Assembly (NCBI GenBank): GCA_964513995.1
Contig: CAZEOQ010000007.1
Span: forward strand, 6,891-70,890
Reading direction: 5' to 3'
DNA: 64,000 nucleotides
DNA from: an uncultured Desulfobacterales bacterium
GTDB lineage: Bacteria; Desulfobacterota; DSM-4660; Desulfatiglandales; JALVZP01
Positions 20,381 through 30,502 of the stretch are shown piece after piece. Made by a program: the position numbers and the translations under genes. The notes under the pieces were generated by a model. The model worked only from the letters and a program-made list of their open reading frames with translations. It was not told where the DNA came from and ran no database searches. Numbering within the stretch: position 1 is the stretch's first letter; every line of letters begins with the position of its first letter.

Positions 20381-21089
20381 GGAAAGACTTTTAGGTCCAG
20401 AGGACAAGATAAAGTTTGACTGCAATCCTTCCCTTTCTTGCTTTACTAAATGTTGTTCAGATGTGAATATTATACTGAATCCATATGATGTTTTAAGGAT
20501 GAAAAATGCTCTTAAGATAACCTCTACCAAGTTCTTAGAAAAATACACTCATGTCCTCTACAAAGAGAAAGGACTTATTCCTGTTGTGATTTTGAAGATG
20601 AGAGAAGACAAAAGATGTCCTTTTGTCTCAAAATATGGATGCATCATCTATCATGACAGACCATGGGCATGCAGGATGTTTCCTCTTGATCCTGTAGAAG
20701 AAGGAAGATTCAGGTTACTTGTTGGACCTGAAAGGTGTTTTGGATTAAGAGAAAAAAAAGAATGGAAGGTAGAAGAATGGTTAAAAAGTCAAGGCATAGA
20801 AGAGTATGAAGAAATGAATAGGGGTTTCTTTGAAATAACAAAAAAAATAAAAGCATTGGAGACAGAAGTAGATGATCCTAAGGTAAGGGAGATGATATTT
20901 ATGTCTTTATACGATATAGACAGATTCAGGGAATTTATATTAAAAACCAGTTTCTTTGAAAGATTTGAGTTAAATCAGGAAATAGTAAAAGAAAATGATA
21001 AAGAACTTCTGAAATTAGGTTACAATTGGATAAAATTTGGGCTATTTGGAGAAATGACATTAAAGTTAAGGAGGTATAGGAATGACTAA
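20379..21089 (+). CDS. YkgJ family cysteine-cluster (CxxCxxCC) protein
   Basis: FDCNPSLSCFTKCC...LNPYDVLR...CPFV...GCIIYHDRPWACRMFPL. Confidence 0.88.
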   Translation: MERLLGPEDKIKFDCNPSLSCFTKCCSDVNIILNPYDVLRMKNALKITSTKFLEKYTHVLYKEKGLIPVVILKMREDKRCPFVSKYGCIIYHDRPWACRMFPLDPVEEGRFRLLVGPERCFGLREKKEWKVEEWLKSQGIEEYEEMNRGFFEITKKIKALETEVDDPKVREMIFMSLYDIDRFREFILKTSFFERFELNQEIVKENDKELLKLGYNWIKFGLFGEMTLKLRRYRND

Positions 21090-21828
21090 GCTTATACCTG
21101 TTGAAGGAAACAAGTTTAAATTCAGATGTCACAAAGATATACCATGTTTTACAAAATGTTGTGCAAAGTTAAATCTCATGTTAACTCCTTATGATGTCCT
21201 GAGGATTAAAAGAAGGCTGGGAATAAGTTCTGATGAATTTATAGAAAGATATACTGACATAGACCCTGAAGAATACCCACCTTTTCCTATTTTGAAGTTA
21301 AAGATGAACATTGATGGAAGGTGTCCTTTTGTAACAGAAAAAGGTTGCAGTATATATGAAGATAGACCAAGTGCTTGTAGACTCTATCCATTGGCAAGGG
21401 CATCTGCAATTGTGAAAGAGGATAAAATAGACAAGTTTTTTATTATAAAAGAAAAACACTGCTTAGGATTTAATGAAGATAAAACCTGGACCATAGAGGA
21501 GTGGTTGGAACATGAAGGTGTTTTGACCTATGACAAGTTCAATCTTCCTTGGTTTAAAATAGTAACTTCTTATGAAAATAATGTTCAAAGAGAAAAAAAT
21601 GAGAATGTCCTTTTTAAAAAAATGCAAGTTTTTTTTATGAGTTCATACAACCTGGATAAATTCAGGGAATTTTTATTTAAAAGCAGTTTCTTTGAAAAAT
21701 ATCATGTTCCTGAATCTGTTAAAGAAAAGATCTATAAAGAAGACGAAGAGCTTCTTAAATTTGCATATGAATGGATAAATTTTTACCTTTATGGAAAAAA
21801 ATCTTCCTTGATAAAACCTAAGTCTTAA
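21082..21828 (+). CDS. YkgJ family cysteine-cluster protein, tandem paralogue
   Basis: FRCHKDIPCFTKCC...LTPYDVLR...CPFV...GCSIYEDRPSACRLYPL; colinear with the upstream paralogue. Confidence 0.88.
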   Translation: MTKLIPVEGNKFKFRCHKDIPCFTKCCAKLNLMLTPYDVLRIKRRLGISSDEFIERYTDIDPEEYPPFPILKLKMNIDGRCPFVTEKGCSIYEDRPSACRLYPLARASAIVKEDKIDKFFIIKEKHCLGFNEDKTWTIEEWLEHEGVLTYDKFNLPWFKIVTSYENNVQREKNENVLFKKMQVFFMSSYNLDKFREFLFKSSFFEKYHVPESVKEKIYKEDEELLKFAYEWINFYLYGKKSSLIKPKS

Positions 21829-22886
21829 GGATAATTACCAGAGAAAAGAAGCCCTGCATCTTCATCTATCCCAAACATTATATTCATGTTTTGCACGGCA
21901 TTCCCTGCTTGTCCTTTTACCAGATTATCAATTGCTGTTAAAATAATGAGCTTCCTTGTTCTTTTATCAAACTCCATACATATATTACAGAAGTTGCTTC
22001 CTCTTACATAAGCTGTCTGAAGCAAAGTTCCAGGCTCAAACAATCTTATAAATCTTTCATTTTTGTAAAATTCTCTATATGCATCAAATACATCATCTAA
22101 GGTAAAGCCTTCCTTTAAATTTGCATAAATAGTGCTGAGGATTCCTCTGCACATAGGAACAACATGAGGGGTAAAAGTTATCTTTAGTTCTTTATTTGCA
22201 AGTCTGCTAAGCTCTTTTTCTATTTCAAATACATGCTGATGAGCCGCAACCTTATAAGCATTCATTGAATCATATCTTGCTGGATAATGGAAATTAGGAG
22301 AAGGTTTTTTTCCTGCTCCAGATACACCTGTCTTTGAGTCACATATGATTGATTCAAATTCTATAAGTTTGTATTTTACAGCAGGTGCAAGTCCAAGAAT
22401 ACAGCTTATTGCAAAACATCCTGGATTTCCTACAATAGAAGCCTTTTTTATCTTTTCTCTGTGAAGTTCTGGTAATCCATATACAGCTTTTTTTAAAAGT
22501 TCTGGAGACTTATGTGGTTCTTTTTTCCCTATCCTCTCTGCATAACTTTTATATGTCTCCGGATCATTAAAACGAAAATCCCCACTGTAATCTATAATCC
22601 TCACACCTCTTTTTAGCCACCTTTTTGCCTCTGATTGACCTACTCCATCAGGTGTTGCAAAAAATACTATGTCTAAGTCTGTGTTTTCTAAAACAGGATC
22701 ATCTGGTGAGATAATAGGAAGATCACAGAAACCTTTAAGATGAGGATATATCTCACTTATGAGTCTTCCAGTATCTTGTATATCTACAAGGCATTTGATT
22801 TCTGCATAAGGATGCCTGCTCAAGATCTCAATGGCTCCACATCCACCATATCCTCCAGCACCTATTATCCCTACCTTTACCTTCAT
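21825..22886 (-). CDS. argC: N-acetyl-gamma-glutamyl-phosphate reductase
   Basis: GIIGAGGYGG, SGDFR, AVYGLPE, GNPGCF, GVSGAG, IDNLVKGQAGNAVQNMN. Confidence 0.96.
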   Translation of the reverse strand: MKVKVGIIGAGGYGGCGAIEILSRHPYAEIKCLVDIQDTGRLISEIYPHLKGFCDLPIISPDDPVLENTDLDIVFFATPDGVGQSEAKRWLKRGVRIIDYSGDFRFNDPETYKSYAERIGKKEPHKSPELLKKAVYGLPELHREKIKKASIVGNPGCFAISCILGLAPAVKYKLIEFESIICDSKTGVSGAGKKPSPNFHYPARYDSMNAYKVAAHQHVFEIEKELSRLANKELKITFTPHVVPMCRGILSTIYANLKEGFTLDDVFDAYREFYKNERFIRLFEPGTLLQTAYVRGSNFCNICMEFDKRTRKLIILTAIDNLVKGQAGNAVQNMNIMFGIDEDAGLLFSGNYP

Positions 22887-23323
22887 CTTACCTCTACCTT
22901 TATTGTCCTAGGAATAGGCTTGTATTTCCTCATTCTTATCATAAGGAAACCATCTTTCCATATTGCATCTATGCTTTCTCTGTCTACAGCTGCTGGAATC
23001 TTAAAAGCTCTTTCAAATTCTCCATATTCTATCTCAAGCTTGTGATATTTCAGTATGTCTTCTACTGGCTGATTTCTTATTCCCCTTATGTATATATACT
23101 CATCGTATAAAAAGACTTCTATGTCATCCTTATTCACTCCTGCAAGATTCACTACAATTACTACCTCTTCTTCTGTCTCATATATATCTGCTTCAGGAAT
23201 CCATCTTGAAGGTCTGGTTAATATAAAAGGTCTTCTCAGATCAAACACTTCATCCATAAGCCTTTCTATGTCCCTCTGGATCTCCTTTATATCTGTTCCA
23301 AATTTTATCTTTATGAAATCCAT
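22883..23323 (-). CDS. Hsp20/alpha-crystallin small heat-shock protein
   Basis: PEADIYETEE...LAGVNKDDI...EIEYGEFERAF...DGFLMI. Confidence 0.9.
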   Translation of the reverse strand: MDFIKIKFGTDIKEIQRDIERLMDEVFDLRRPFILTRPSRWIPEADIYETEEEVVIVVNLAGVNKDDIEVFLYDEYIYIRGIRNQPVEDILKYHKLEIEYGEFERAFKIPAAVDRESIDAIWKDGFLMIRMRKYKPIPRTIKVEVR

Positions 23324-23336
23324 TAAAATTCCTCCA

Positions 23337-24359
23337 CTAAAATGATCTTTCCTGAATATCCAAGTCTTTCTTATATGCTATTCCCAGATGCATATATGCT
23401 TTTTTTGTAGCTACTCTTCCCTTTGGTGTCCTTTTTATGAACCCTTGCTGTATAAGGAATGGCTCATATACATCTTCTATCGTATCCTTTTCCTCTCCCA
23501 CTGCAGCAGATATAGTATTTATCCCTACAGGCCCTCCATCAAACTTTTCAATTATAGTAAGAAGTATCTGTTTGTCCATCTTATCAAGTCCTTCCTCATC
23601 CACTTCAAGTCTGTCAAGAGCTTTCCTTGCTATCTCTGCATCTATGACCCCATTTGCCTCTACTTGAGCAAAGTCCCTTACCCTTTTAAGCAATCTGTTT
23701 GCTACTCTTGGAGTCCCTCTTGATCTCTTAGCTATTTCAAAAGCTCCTTCTTCTTCTATCTTTATGTTTAATATCCTTGCTGATCTCAGTATAATCTTTT
23801 TTAGATCTTCTACAGAATAAAAGTCCAGCCTAAATATAACTCCAAATCTCTCTCTTAAAGGAGGAGTAAGAAGACCTATTCTTGTCGTAGCTCCTATGAG
23901 GGTAAATGGAGGAAGGGGTATCTTCATTGTCTTTGCTGAAGGTCCTTGTCCTATTATTATATCAAGTTTAAAGTCCTCCATTGCAGAATATAAGATCTCT
24001 TCTACTGTCCTGCTTAGTCTGTGTATTTCATCTATGAAAAGGATGTCTCTTGGTCTTAAATTTGTGAGAATTGCTGCAAGATCTCCTGGCTTTTCTATAA
24101 CAGGTCCAGAAGTTGTTTTTATGTTCACATTAAGTTCATTTGCAAGGACATAGGCAAGTGTTGTTTTACCAAGACCAGGACCTCCATAAAGAAGAACATG
24201 ATCTAAGGCTTCTTTTCTTGCTTTTGCAGCTTCAATAAATACTTTTAGATTCCTCTTCAGCTCCTCTTGACCTATATACTCATCCAGTGTTTTTGGTCTA
24301 AGGTTCAGTTCATTTTGATCCTCAAATAATACCTTTGGATCTATAATCCTTTCTTTCAT
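23337..24359 (-). CDS. ruvB: Holliday junction helicase RuvB
   Basis: [47 protein letters not shown]. Confidence 0.98.
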   Translation of the reverse strand: MKERIIDPKVLFEDQNELNLRPKTLDEYIGQEELKRNLKVFIEAAKARKEALDHVLLYGGPGLGKTTLAYVLANELNVNIKTTSGPVIEKPGDLAAILTNLRPRDILFIDEIHRLSRTVEEILYSAMEDFKLDIIIGQGPSAKTMKIPLPPFTLIGATTRIGLLTPPLRERFGVIFRLDFYSVEDLKKIILRSARILNIKIEEEGAFEIAKRSRGTPRVANRLLKRVRDFAQVEANGVIDAEIARKALDRLEVDEEGLDKMDKQILLTIIEKFDGGPVGINTISAAVGEEKDTIEDVYEPFLIQQGFIKRTPKGRVATKKAYMHLGIAYKKDLDIQERSF

Positions 24360-24949
24360 ACTTGTCTTGAAAGTCTCTTTAATGATTCTCTAATAACTGT
24401 TTCTAAGTCAAGTTCTTTTTTTGATAAAATCTCACTTACTACCTTTTCTGCTGTCTTTTCAGGATATCCAAGATTTACTAAAGCTGAGATTGCATCAGAT
24501 TTTATTGAGTAAAACCTATCTTTTGCCATCAAATCCTCAGAAATAATTCCTTTAGATTTTTCCTTCAGTTCTAAAATGATCCTTTGAGCAATCTTTTTAC
24601 CAATTCCAGGAATCATACAAAGCCTTGCAGTATTTCCATTCAGGATTGCTTCCAGAAGATCCTGAGCACCTATTCCTGAAAGTATATTCAGAGCAAGTCT
24701 TGGTCCTATTCCTGGTATAGATGTAAGCATTAAGAAGAGCTTTTTTTCTAAAAGTGTTGAAAAGCCAAAAAGCATTATATTTTCATCCTTTATGTAAGGA
24801 CATACATATAGAGTTACCTCTTCATCTTTTTCAGGAAGATTATACAAGGTAGAAAGAGGGATAAATATCTCATATCCTATTCCATTGTTTTCTATAACAA
24901 CAGAAGACGAATCTTTACTTGCAAGTCTTCCTCTTATATAAGCTATCAT
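24356..24949 (-). CDS. ruvA: Holliday junction DNA-binding protein RuvA
   Basis: [43 protein letters not shown]. Confidence 0.97.
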   Translation of the reverse strand: MIAYIRGRLASKDSSSVVIENNGIGYEIFIPLSTLYNLPEKDEEVTLYVCPYIKDENIMLFGFSTLLEKKLFLMLTSIPGIGPRLALNILSGIGAQDLLEAILNGNTARLCMIPGIGKKIAQRIILELKEKSKGIISEDLMAKDRFYSIKSDAISALVNLGYPEKTAEKVVSEILSKKELDLETVIRESLKRLSRQV

Positions 24950-25413
24950 CTCCTAGAATTTGCGTGACATATAGCAACAGCAAGTGCATCAGAACTGTCA
25001 AAACTTATATCTTCATTCAGCTTAAGTATAATGCTTACCATACTTTTTACCTGTTCCTTTGTTGCAGCTCCATATCCAACAACAGCTTTTTTTATTTCAA
25101 GAGGAGTATATTCAAAAATAGGCAGATCTTTTAGAAGGATTGCACTTATTATTGCTCCTCTTACATGTCCAAGCTTAAGAGAGCTTTTTGCATTCTTTGA
25201 ATGAAAAAGGTCTTCAACAGCAACCTCATCTGGTTTATATTCTTCCAAGATCCTGCTTATTCCAGTAAATATCTCAAATATCCTCTTAGCAAAAGGAAGC
25301 TTCCCTGAAGGACGAATGTTTCCACAGGCTATGAATCTTATTTCATCAGCTTTTTTTTCTACAATCCCGTATCCAGTGCTTTTAGAACCAGGATCTATTC
25401 CAATTATTATCAC
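24946..25413 (-). CDS. ruvC: Crossover junction endodeoxyribonuclease RuvC
   Basis: [44 protein letters not shown]. Confidence 0.97.
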   Translation of the reverse strand: MIIIGIDPGSKSTGYGIVEKKADEIRFIACGNIRPSGKLPFAKRIFEIFTGISRILEEYKPDEVAVEDLFHSKNAKSSLKLGHVRGAIISAILLKDLPIFEYTPLEIKKAVVGYGAATKEQVKSMVSIILKLNEDISFDSSDALAVAICHANSRR

Positions 25414-26159
25414 TTAGCCATAGCCTCCATGATCTCATCAGGTATGTCAAAGTTTGCATATACATGACTTACATCATCCATATCTTCAAGTGCTTGCATA
25501 AGGGTAAGCATCTGTTCTGCTTCCTTTCCTTCAAGTCTTACAGTAGTCTTTGGAATCATGGTTATTTCTGCTGTATTGTATTTTATTCCTTCAGCCTCTA
25601 TAGCCTTCTTTACATCTTCAAAATCTTCTACTGCTGTAATTACTTCAAACTGCTTTCCAGATCTTTTTACATCCTCTGCTCCTGCTTCAAGAGCTATTTC
25701 AATAAGTCTGTCCTCATCTATCTTATCCACATCTATTGTTATAAGACCTTTTTTTTCAAATATCCATGAAACACATCCTGGTTCTCCAAGACTTCCTCCG
25801 TATTTTTCAAATGTATGCTTTAGTTCTGCTACTGTCCTGTTTTTATTGTCAGTAAGACAGTCAACAAGTATTGCCACTCCTCCTGGCCCATATCCTTCAT
25901 AGCTTACTTCCTCGTAGTTTTCTCCTTCAATCTCTCCAAGTCCTCTCTTTATACTTCTTTCTATGTTTTCCTTTGGCATGTTATGAGCCTTTGCTGCTTC
26001 AATAGCTGCTCTTAGTCTTGGATTTGTATCAGGATTTCCTCCTCCAAGCCTTGCAGCAACAGTTATCTCCCTTATAAGCTTTGTAAATATCTTTCCTTTC
26101 TTTGCATCCATAATCTTTTTTTTGTGTTTTATCTGACTCCATCTTGAATGTCCTGACAT
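25410..26159 (-). CDS. yebC: YebC/PmpR family protein
   Basis: [14 protein letters not shown]...NPRLR...YEGYGPGG...TDNKNRT. Confidence 0.96.
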   Translation of the reverse strand: MSGHSRWSQIKHKKKIMDAKKGKIFTKLIREITVAARLGGGNPDTNPRLRAAIEAAKAHNMPKENIERSIKRGLGEIEGENYEEVSYEGYGPGGVAILVDCLTDNKNRTVAELKHTFEKYGGSLGEPGCVSWIFEKKGLITIDVDKIDEDRLIEIALEAGAEDVKRSGKQFEVITAVEDFEDVKKAIEAEGIKYNTAEITMIPKTTVRLEGKEAEQMLTLMQALEDMDDVSHVYANFDIPDEIMEAMAK

Positions 26160-26177
26160 AAACCAAACCTCCTTTTT

Positions 26178-26756
26178 TTATTTTTTTCCAATTCCTATTA
26201 TAAATATCTCCCTGCTGTTTTTTCTAGTGCTTTTTGGCTTAATCAATCTCGTTTTATCAAAATATAATGAAACTTTTTTCCTAAAATCAATAAATCCTTC
26301 CCCCTCAAAAACCTTACATACAAAATTTCCTCCTTTTTTCAGAAGATAAAAGACAAACTCAAAAGCCCTATTTGCCAAAGCCAAGGAACGAATGACATCT
26401 ACATTATCAATTCCTGTAGTATTTGGTGCCATATCACTTAGCAGGACATCCTGTATCCCTATTTTTTCTTTTAGCCACACAGGATCTAACTTAAATATAT
26501 CAGCTTTTATAAAAAGGAAGTTTTCTGCTTTCAGTCTTTCTGGCTCTTTTACATCTATTCCCGTTACAAAACCTTTTTTCCCTACTTTTTTCAGACAGTA
26601 TTGAGACCATGATCCAGGATAGCATCCCATGTCAAGGACTTTGTCCCCTTTTTTTATAAGATTTACCCTTTTGTCTATCTCCTGTAGTTTATAAACAGAG
26701 CGAGCAAGCCAATTTTCTTCTTTTGCTTTTCTTGTATAATAATCAGCCCATCTCAT
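26178..26756 (-). CDS. rlmE: 23S rRNA U2552 2'-O-methyltransferase RlmE (FtsJ family)
   Basis: ARSVYKLQEID, DMGCYPGSWSQ, SDMAP, KVFEG, KPKSTR..SRE. Confidence 0.92.
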   Translation of the reverse strand: MRWADYYTRKAKEENWLARSVYKLQEIDKRVNLIKKGDKVLDMGCYPGSWSQYCLKKVGKKGFVTGIDVKEPERLKAENFLFIKADIFKLDPVWLKEKIGIQDVLLSDMAPNTTGIDNVDVIRSLALANRAFEFVFYLLKKGGNFVCKVFEGEGFIDFRKKVSLYFDKTRLIKPKSTRKNSREIFIIGIGKK

Positions 26757-26765
26757 GCTGGTTTT

Positions 26766-26794
26766 ATTATACTTATAAGCTTATAATGACTCAA
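26766..26794 (-). promoter_or_regulatory. Internal sigma70 promoter for rlmE with a perfect 14-bp palindrome in the spacer
   Basis: TTGAGT (26794-26789), 17 nt, TATAAT (26771-26766); TTATAAGCTTATAA at 26773-26786; ATG 9 nt after the -10. Confidence 0.55.
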
Positions 26795-28436
26795 GATATC
26801 TTTCTCCAATCCTTATAGGGAAAAATATTGCAAATAAAAAGAGGAAAAAAGAGACAGAAAAAAGGATAAATGAGATAATACATCTTGAAAAAGAAGGTTT
26901 TTTATACAGAAAGAGCCAATAAGAAGGAATAGCCTGGACAGAGAGTATAATAAGCAAAAAGACAGAAAAAGAGATCATATACAGAAGTCCTCCAAGACTT
27001 GTAGAAACCTGGGCAATTTTTTCGCAGTTAAAATCAGGACAAGAAGCTCCAAAACCAATAGCCATAGAAACAGAAGATGCTGTTATAAAGAATGTATCAA
27101 CTATGGCAATGACTAAAATAGGTGTCTTTGCTTCAAGTAAATGGCTTGTAAATATAACAGAAAATTCTCCAAGAAATACAAGAAGTGGGAAATAAAAGAG
27201 GAATTTTGCCCAGAGAAACTTTTTTATTGAAATAGGACCTGACCTTATTATCCAAAATGCCCTTCCTTCTCCACTTACAGAAGAAAAGACAAACCTTGCT
27301 GAAATAGCAGATATTATAAAACCACAAAATCCTATGTTTAAATAAGCTATCTGGTTTTTTAAAAAAAGAAGTTCTCCTTTTGTTAAAGGAAGCACTTTGA
27401 AGTTATATATGTAAACAACTATAAGAGCAAAAAGAAAAAGGAGCTGACTCCACTGGGTGTTATCTCTAAAAAAGACCTTAAACTCCTTGTCCATTATGTT
27501 TCCCATTTCCCTTCCAAATATCCTGAGAAATAAGATTCTTATGATCTGAGAAATTTTTCGTGTTATCTTTAACTTTCTTTTTGCTTCAGCTGCATTGGAA
27601 TATGCTTTAAAATAAGTAAGTTCACATACCCAGATGTTTATTACTGTAAGTGCAATTGGGGTAAAAAGAAGAAGTAAGAAGTAAATAGTTTTGGGTCTTT
27701 CTCCAATAAGATCTTTCCATAGAACAGAACACATCCAATAAGAAGGAAGATATGGAGAATCTGAGGATTTAAGAAATTCTATATACTGAATTGCTGAAAG
27801 AAATAATTCTGGATTTACGAGTCTTTCTGGTCTTGAAAATCTAAGGATCAGGTATAATGAAACAAAGAAGACAGAAGATAAGAAAAGAAAGATATCTCTT
27901 AATTTTTTAGCAGGAATTAAACTTGCAAAGATAAAGACAATAAGTATTCCTAAGTTAGATGAGATAAATAAGACAGAAAGAGTTGAATAAAAAAGGTCTA
28001 AAAAAAATCTAAAAGAAGCTTTATAGATAAAACCATATGCAAGCATTAAAGGAGAACCAAATGTTATAAGCATCCAAGAACTTGTAGCTGTAATAAATAA
28101 AAGTCTGCTTAAGAATATTTCTTCTATGGAGAATGGACTGGAATAGAGAAGTTCTAAATCATCTGAGAGAAAGAGGTATGATAAGGCTGATATTGTGTTA
28201 CTTAAAGTGAGTAAGATAAAAAATGTAAGGAGAATCAGAGAGAGGAACTTATAAAGTAAAAGGTTACCTATGATTTCAGTCTTTTTAAAGAAGCATAGAA
28301 GTCTTAGGGAGATAAATAGTGTAAGAAACCAAAAGGAAATTCCAACTGGAAATACAAATACGAACTTCCATTTCTCTTTTTTTAGTCTGTTTTTAAAAGA
28401 AACTATCTTTGGTTTGATAAGAAGAAAGATCCTCAT
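26781..28436 (-). CDS. ABC exporter permease (putative ABC-2 type, many TM helices)
   Basis: Highly hydrophobic; LSDDLELL..SP, KEFKVFFRD, SGEG.AFW; follows an ABC ATPase. Confidence 0.82.
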   Translation of the reverse strand: MRIFLLIKPKIVSFKNRLKKEKWKFVFVFPVGISFWFLTLFISLRLLCFFKKTEIIGNLLLYKFLSLILLTFFILLTLSNTISALSYLFLSDDLELLYSSPFSIEEIFLSRLLFITATSSWMLITFGSPLMLAYGFIYKASFRFFLDLFYSTLSVLFISSNLGILIVFIFASLIPAKKLRDIFLFLSSVFFVSLYLILRFSRPERLVNPELFLSAIQYIEFLKSSDSPYLPSYWMCSVLWKDLIGERPKTIYFLLLLFTPIALTVINIWVCELTYFKAYSNAAEAKRKLKITRKISQIIRILFLRIFGREMGNIMDKEFKVFFRDNTQWSQLLFLFALIVVYIYNFKVLPLTKGELLFLKNQIAYLNIGFCGFIISAISARFVFSSVSGEGRAFWIIRSGPISIKKFLWAKFLFYFPLLVFLGEFSVIFTSHLLEAKTPILVIAIVDTFFITASSVSMAIGFGASCPDFNCEKIAQVSTSLGGLLYMISFSVFLLIILSVQAIPSYWLFLYKKPSFSRCIISFILFSVSFFLFLFAIFFPIRIGERYLESL

Positions 28437-29142
28437 GTGTTAGCTTCAAAAAGACATTCTCTAAGTCTCCATCTATTCCAGCTTTTTTCTTAAGCTGATC
28501 CAAGGTCCCTTTTGCTATAAGCTTTCCTGAATTGATTATAGCAACTTCATCAGCTATCTCTTCTGCAAAACTTAAAGAATGTGTAGAAACAAAGATTGTT
28601 TTTCCTCTTTTTGCCAATCCTTTGAAAACATCTTTTATCATCCTTATTCCTTTTGGATCAAGACCAACTGTTGGTTCGTCTACTATCAGGATTTCTGGAT
28701 CATGAATCAAAGCAGCACAGAATGCAATTCTCTGTTTCATTCCATGAGAATAACTCTCTATTAGCTCATCTTTGAAATCTTCTAATTCAAACTTCCTTAA
28801 CATTTCATCTATCTTTTTCTCAGGATTTTCAACAAAATACATCTCTGAAACAAATTCTAAAAATTCCTTTCCTGTAAGTCTTTCATAAAGGAATGGTCTG
28901 TCAGGTATAAATCCTGTTATCTTCTTTGCTTTTTCTGGCTCTTTTAAGAGATCTATTCCATTAAGGATTATCCTTCCTTTTGTTGGTTTTAATATCCCTG
29001 CTATCATCTTTATAGTGGTTGTTTTTCCTGCACCATTTGGTCCTAAAAACCCCATTATAGAACCAGTTTTTACTTCAAGATTTATATGATCCACAGCAAT
29101 GGTTTTATTATATACTTTTGTCAAATCAATCAGCCTTATCAT
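28393..29142 (-). CDS. ABC transporter ATP-binding protein
   Basis: GPNGAGKTT, YSHGMKQR, LIVDEPTVGLDP, STH. Confidence 0.95.
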   Translation of the reverse strand: MIRLIDLTKVYNKTIAVDHINLEVKTGSIMGFLGPNGAGKTTTIKMIAGILKPTKGRIILNGIDLLKEPEKAKKITGFIPDRPFLYERLTGKEFLEFVSEMYFVENPEKKIDEMLRKFELEDFKDELIESYSHGMKQRIAFCAALIHDPEILIVDEPTVGLDPKGIRMIKDVFKGLAKRGKTIFVSTHSLSFAEEIADEVAIINSGKLIAKGTLDQLKKKAGIDGDLENVFLKLTHEDLSSYQTKDSFF

Positions 29143-30499
29143 AAGAGTAATCCACGACTTCTATTTTTAATCTTCCTATCTTTCCTGTTATCTTAGCCTG
29201 ATCTGCTATGTTTCCACAAAAAAGCATTATATGAGTTGCATCAACAGGAACTTGATTCAATGTAGAATCTACCTGTATCCATTTTCCCAAATAAACCATA
29301 TTCCAGGCATGATAAAAAAATTTCCCTTCAAGATATATCAAACCAATACAAATCCTGTTAGGTATTCCAACAGCCCTGAGGAGAGCAGCAGTAAGAACAG
29401 CATGTTCATTACAGTCTCCAACCTTCTTTTTTAATGTCTCAAGGGCACTTGGAAAAGAAAAAGTTGGTCTTTTTTCTAAATTCCTGTATACCCAATTTAC
29501 GATCTTTTTTGTCACTTTTACAGGATCCCTCTCTTTTTGTATAATCCTTTCCGCTGTTTTTCTTATAAGCTCTGAGTTAGACTCAATGTTAAACTCAGGA
29601 AGAAGATATTCTCTTAGTCCGTCTTTGTAAGGAATAAGATAAGGAGGGTTTTCAGGAAGCTTTTCTTTTCTTATCTCTATTATCCTCTGATTTATTTTTA
29701 CTTTCAGATAAGAGACTTTCCTTGGATCAGGTATTTTTCTGTTTGTTTCAATAGCTATCATTTTATAGACATCTGAAGCTACTATGTTTTTCATTGCTGA
29801 TTCAGGATCTGATCTTATTATAGAAAAAGCTTTTGCTTTTATCTTTAATATCCTTCCTTTTTCATCTACCCATATATCCAAAGGATTTCCTAAAAGTTCT
29901 GTCCTGAGTTTATACGCCTTATATTCTGCATCCTTTATCTTTACATCCTCTTTTGAAACCACCTTTACAGTTATATTTCTCTGAGCCATAGAAGCAGGAT
30001 CAAAAAAGGATAGATTGAAGCTTTTTTTTATATCCAGATCTTTAACAGCTATAAAAGAGAATCCAGCATATGGTTTTTCTTTCAAGAATAAGACATAAGA
30101 AAATACTTTTTTTCCAATTCTTCTTTTAAGAATTAACCTTTTTCCTTTAACCTCTCCAAACACATGAAAACTCATCCTTTTACACGAAAAAAGGATGTCT
30201 ATCTTCTTCAGGGAAAAATCCTTTTCTGTCTCACAGATTATCCTCAAATCTACCTTATCAGGATGTCCCATAAAAGAGATGTTATCTCTGATTATGTAAC
30301 CAGAATCTTCAGGTATTATAGTATCCACGAGATATCCTATTTTTTTGTCTTTGAGAAATATTGAAAACCATGAAGTTTCAGCTGACTTTATTCTAAAAAA
30401 ATGCTTTTCTTGTTTGTTTTCTCTGTAAAGAGAAAAAAGTAAAAAGATCCAGAACAAGACGATAAAGCTTCCCAGGAGGTGAAAAGTAATCTTCTTCAC
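29126..30499 (-). CDS. Membrane-anchored transglutaminase-like protein
   Basis: N-terminal TM helix; Cys-His-Asp triad motifs GDCNEHA, YHAWN, QVDST. Confidence 0.87.
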   Translation of the reverse strand: MKKITFHLLGSFIVLFWIFLLFSLYRENKQEKHFFRIKSAETSWFSIFLKDKKIGYLVDTIIPEDSGYIIRDNISFMGHPDKVDLRIICETEKDFSLKKIDILFSCKRMSFHVFGEVKGKRLILKRRIGKKVFSYVLFLKEKPYAGFSFIAVKDLDIKKSFNLSFFDPASMAQRNITVKVVSKEDVKIKDAEYKAYKLRTELLGNPLDIWVDEKGRILKIKAKAFSIIRSDPESAMKNIVASDVYKMIAIETNRKIPDPRKVSYLKVKINQRIIEIRKEKLPENPPYLIPYKDGLREYLLPEFNIESNSELIRKTAERIIQKERDPVKVTKKIVNWVYRNLEKRPTFSFPSALETLKKKVGDCNEHAVLTAALLRAVGIPNRICIGLIYLEGKFFYHAWNMVYLGKWIQVDSTLNQVPVDATHIMLFCGNIADQAKITGKIGRLKIEVVDYSYDKAD

Positions 30500-30502
30500 T
30501 GT

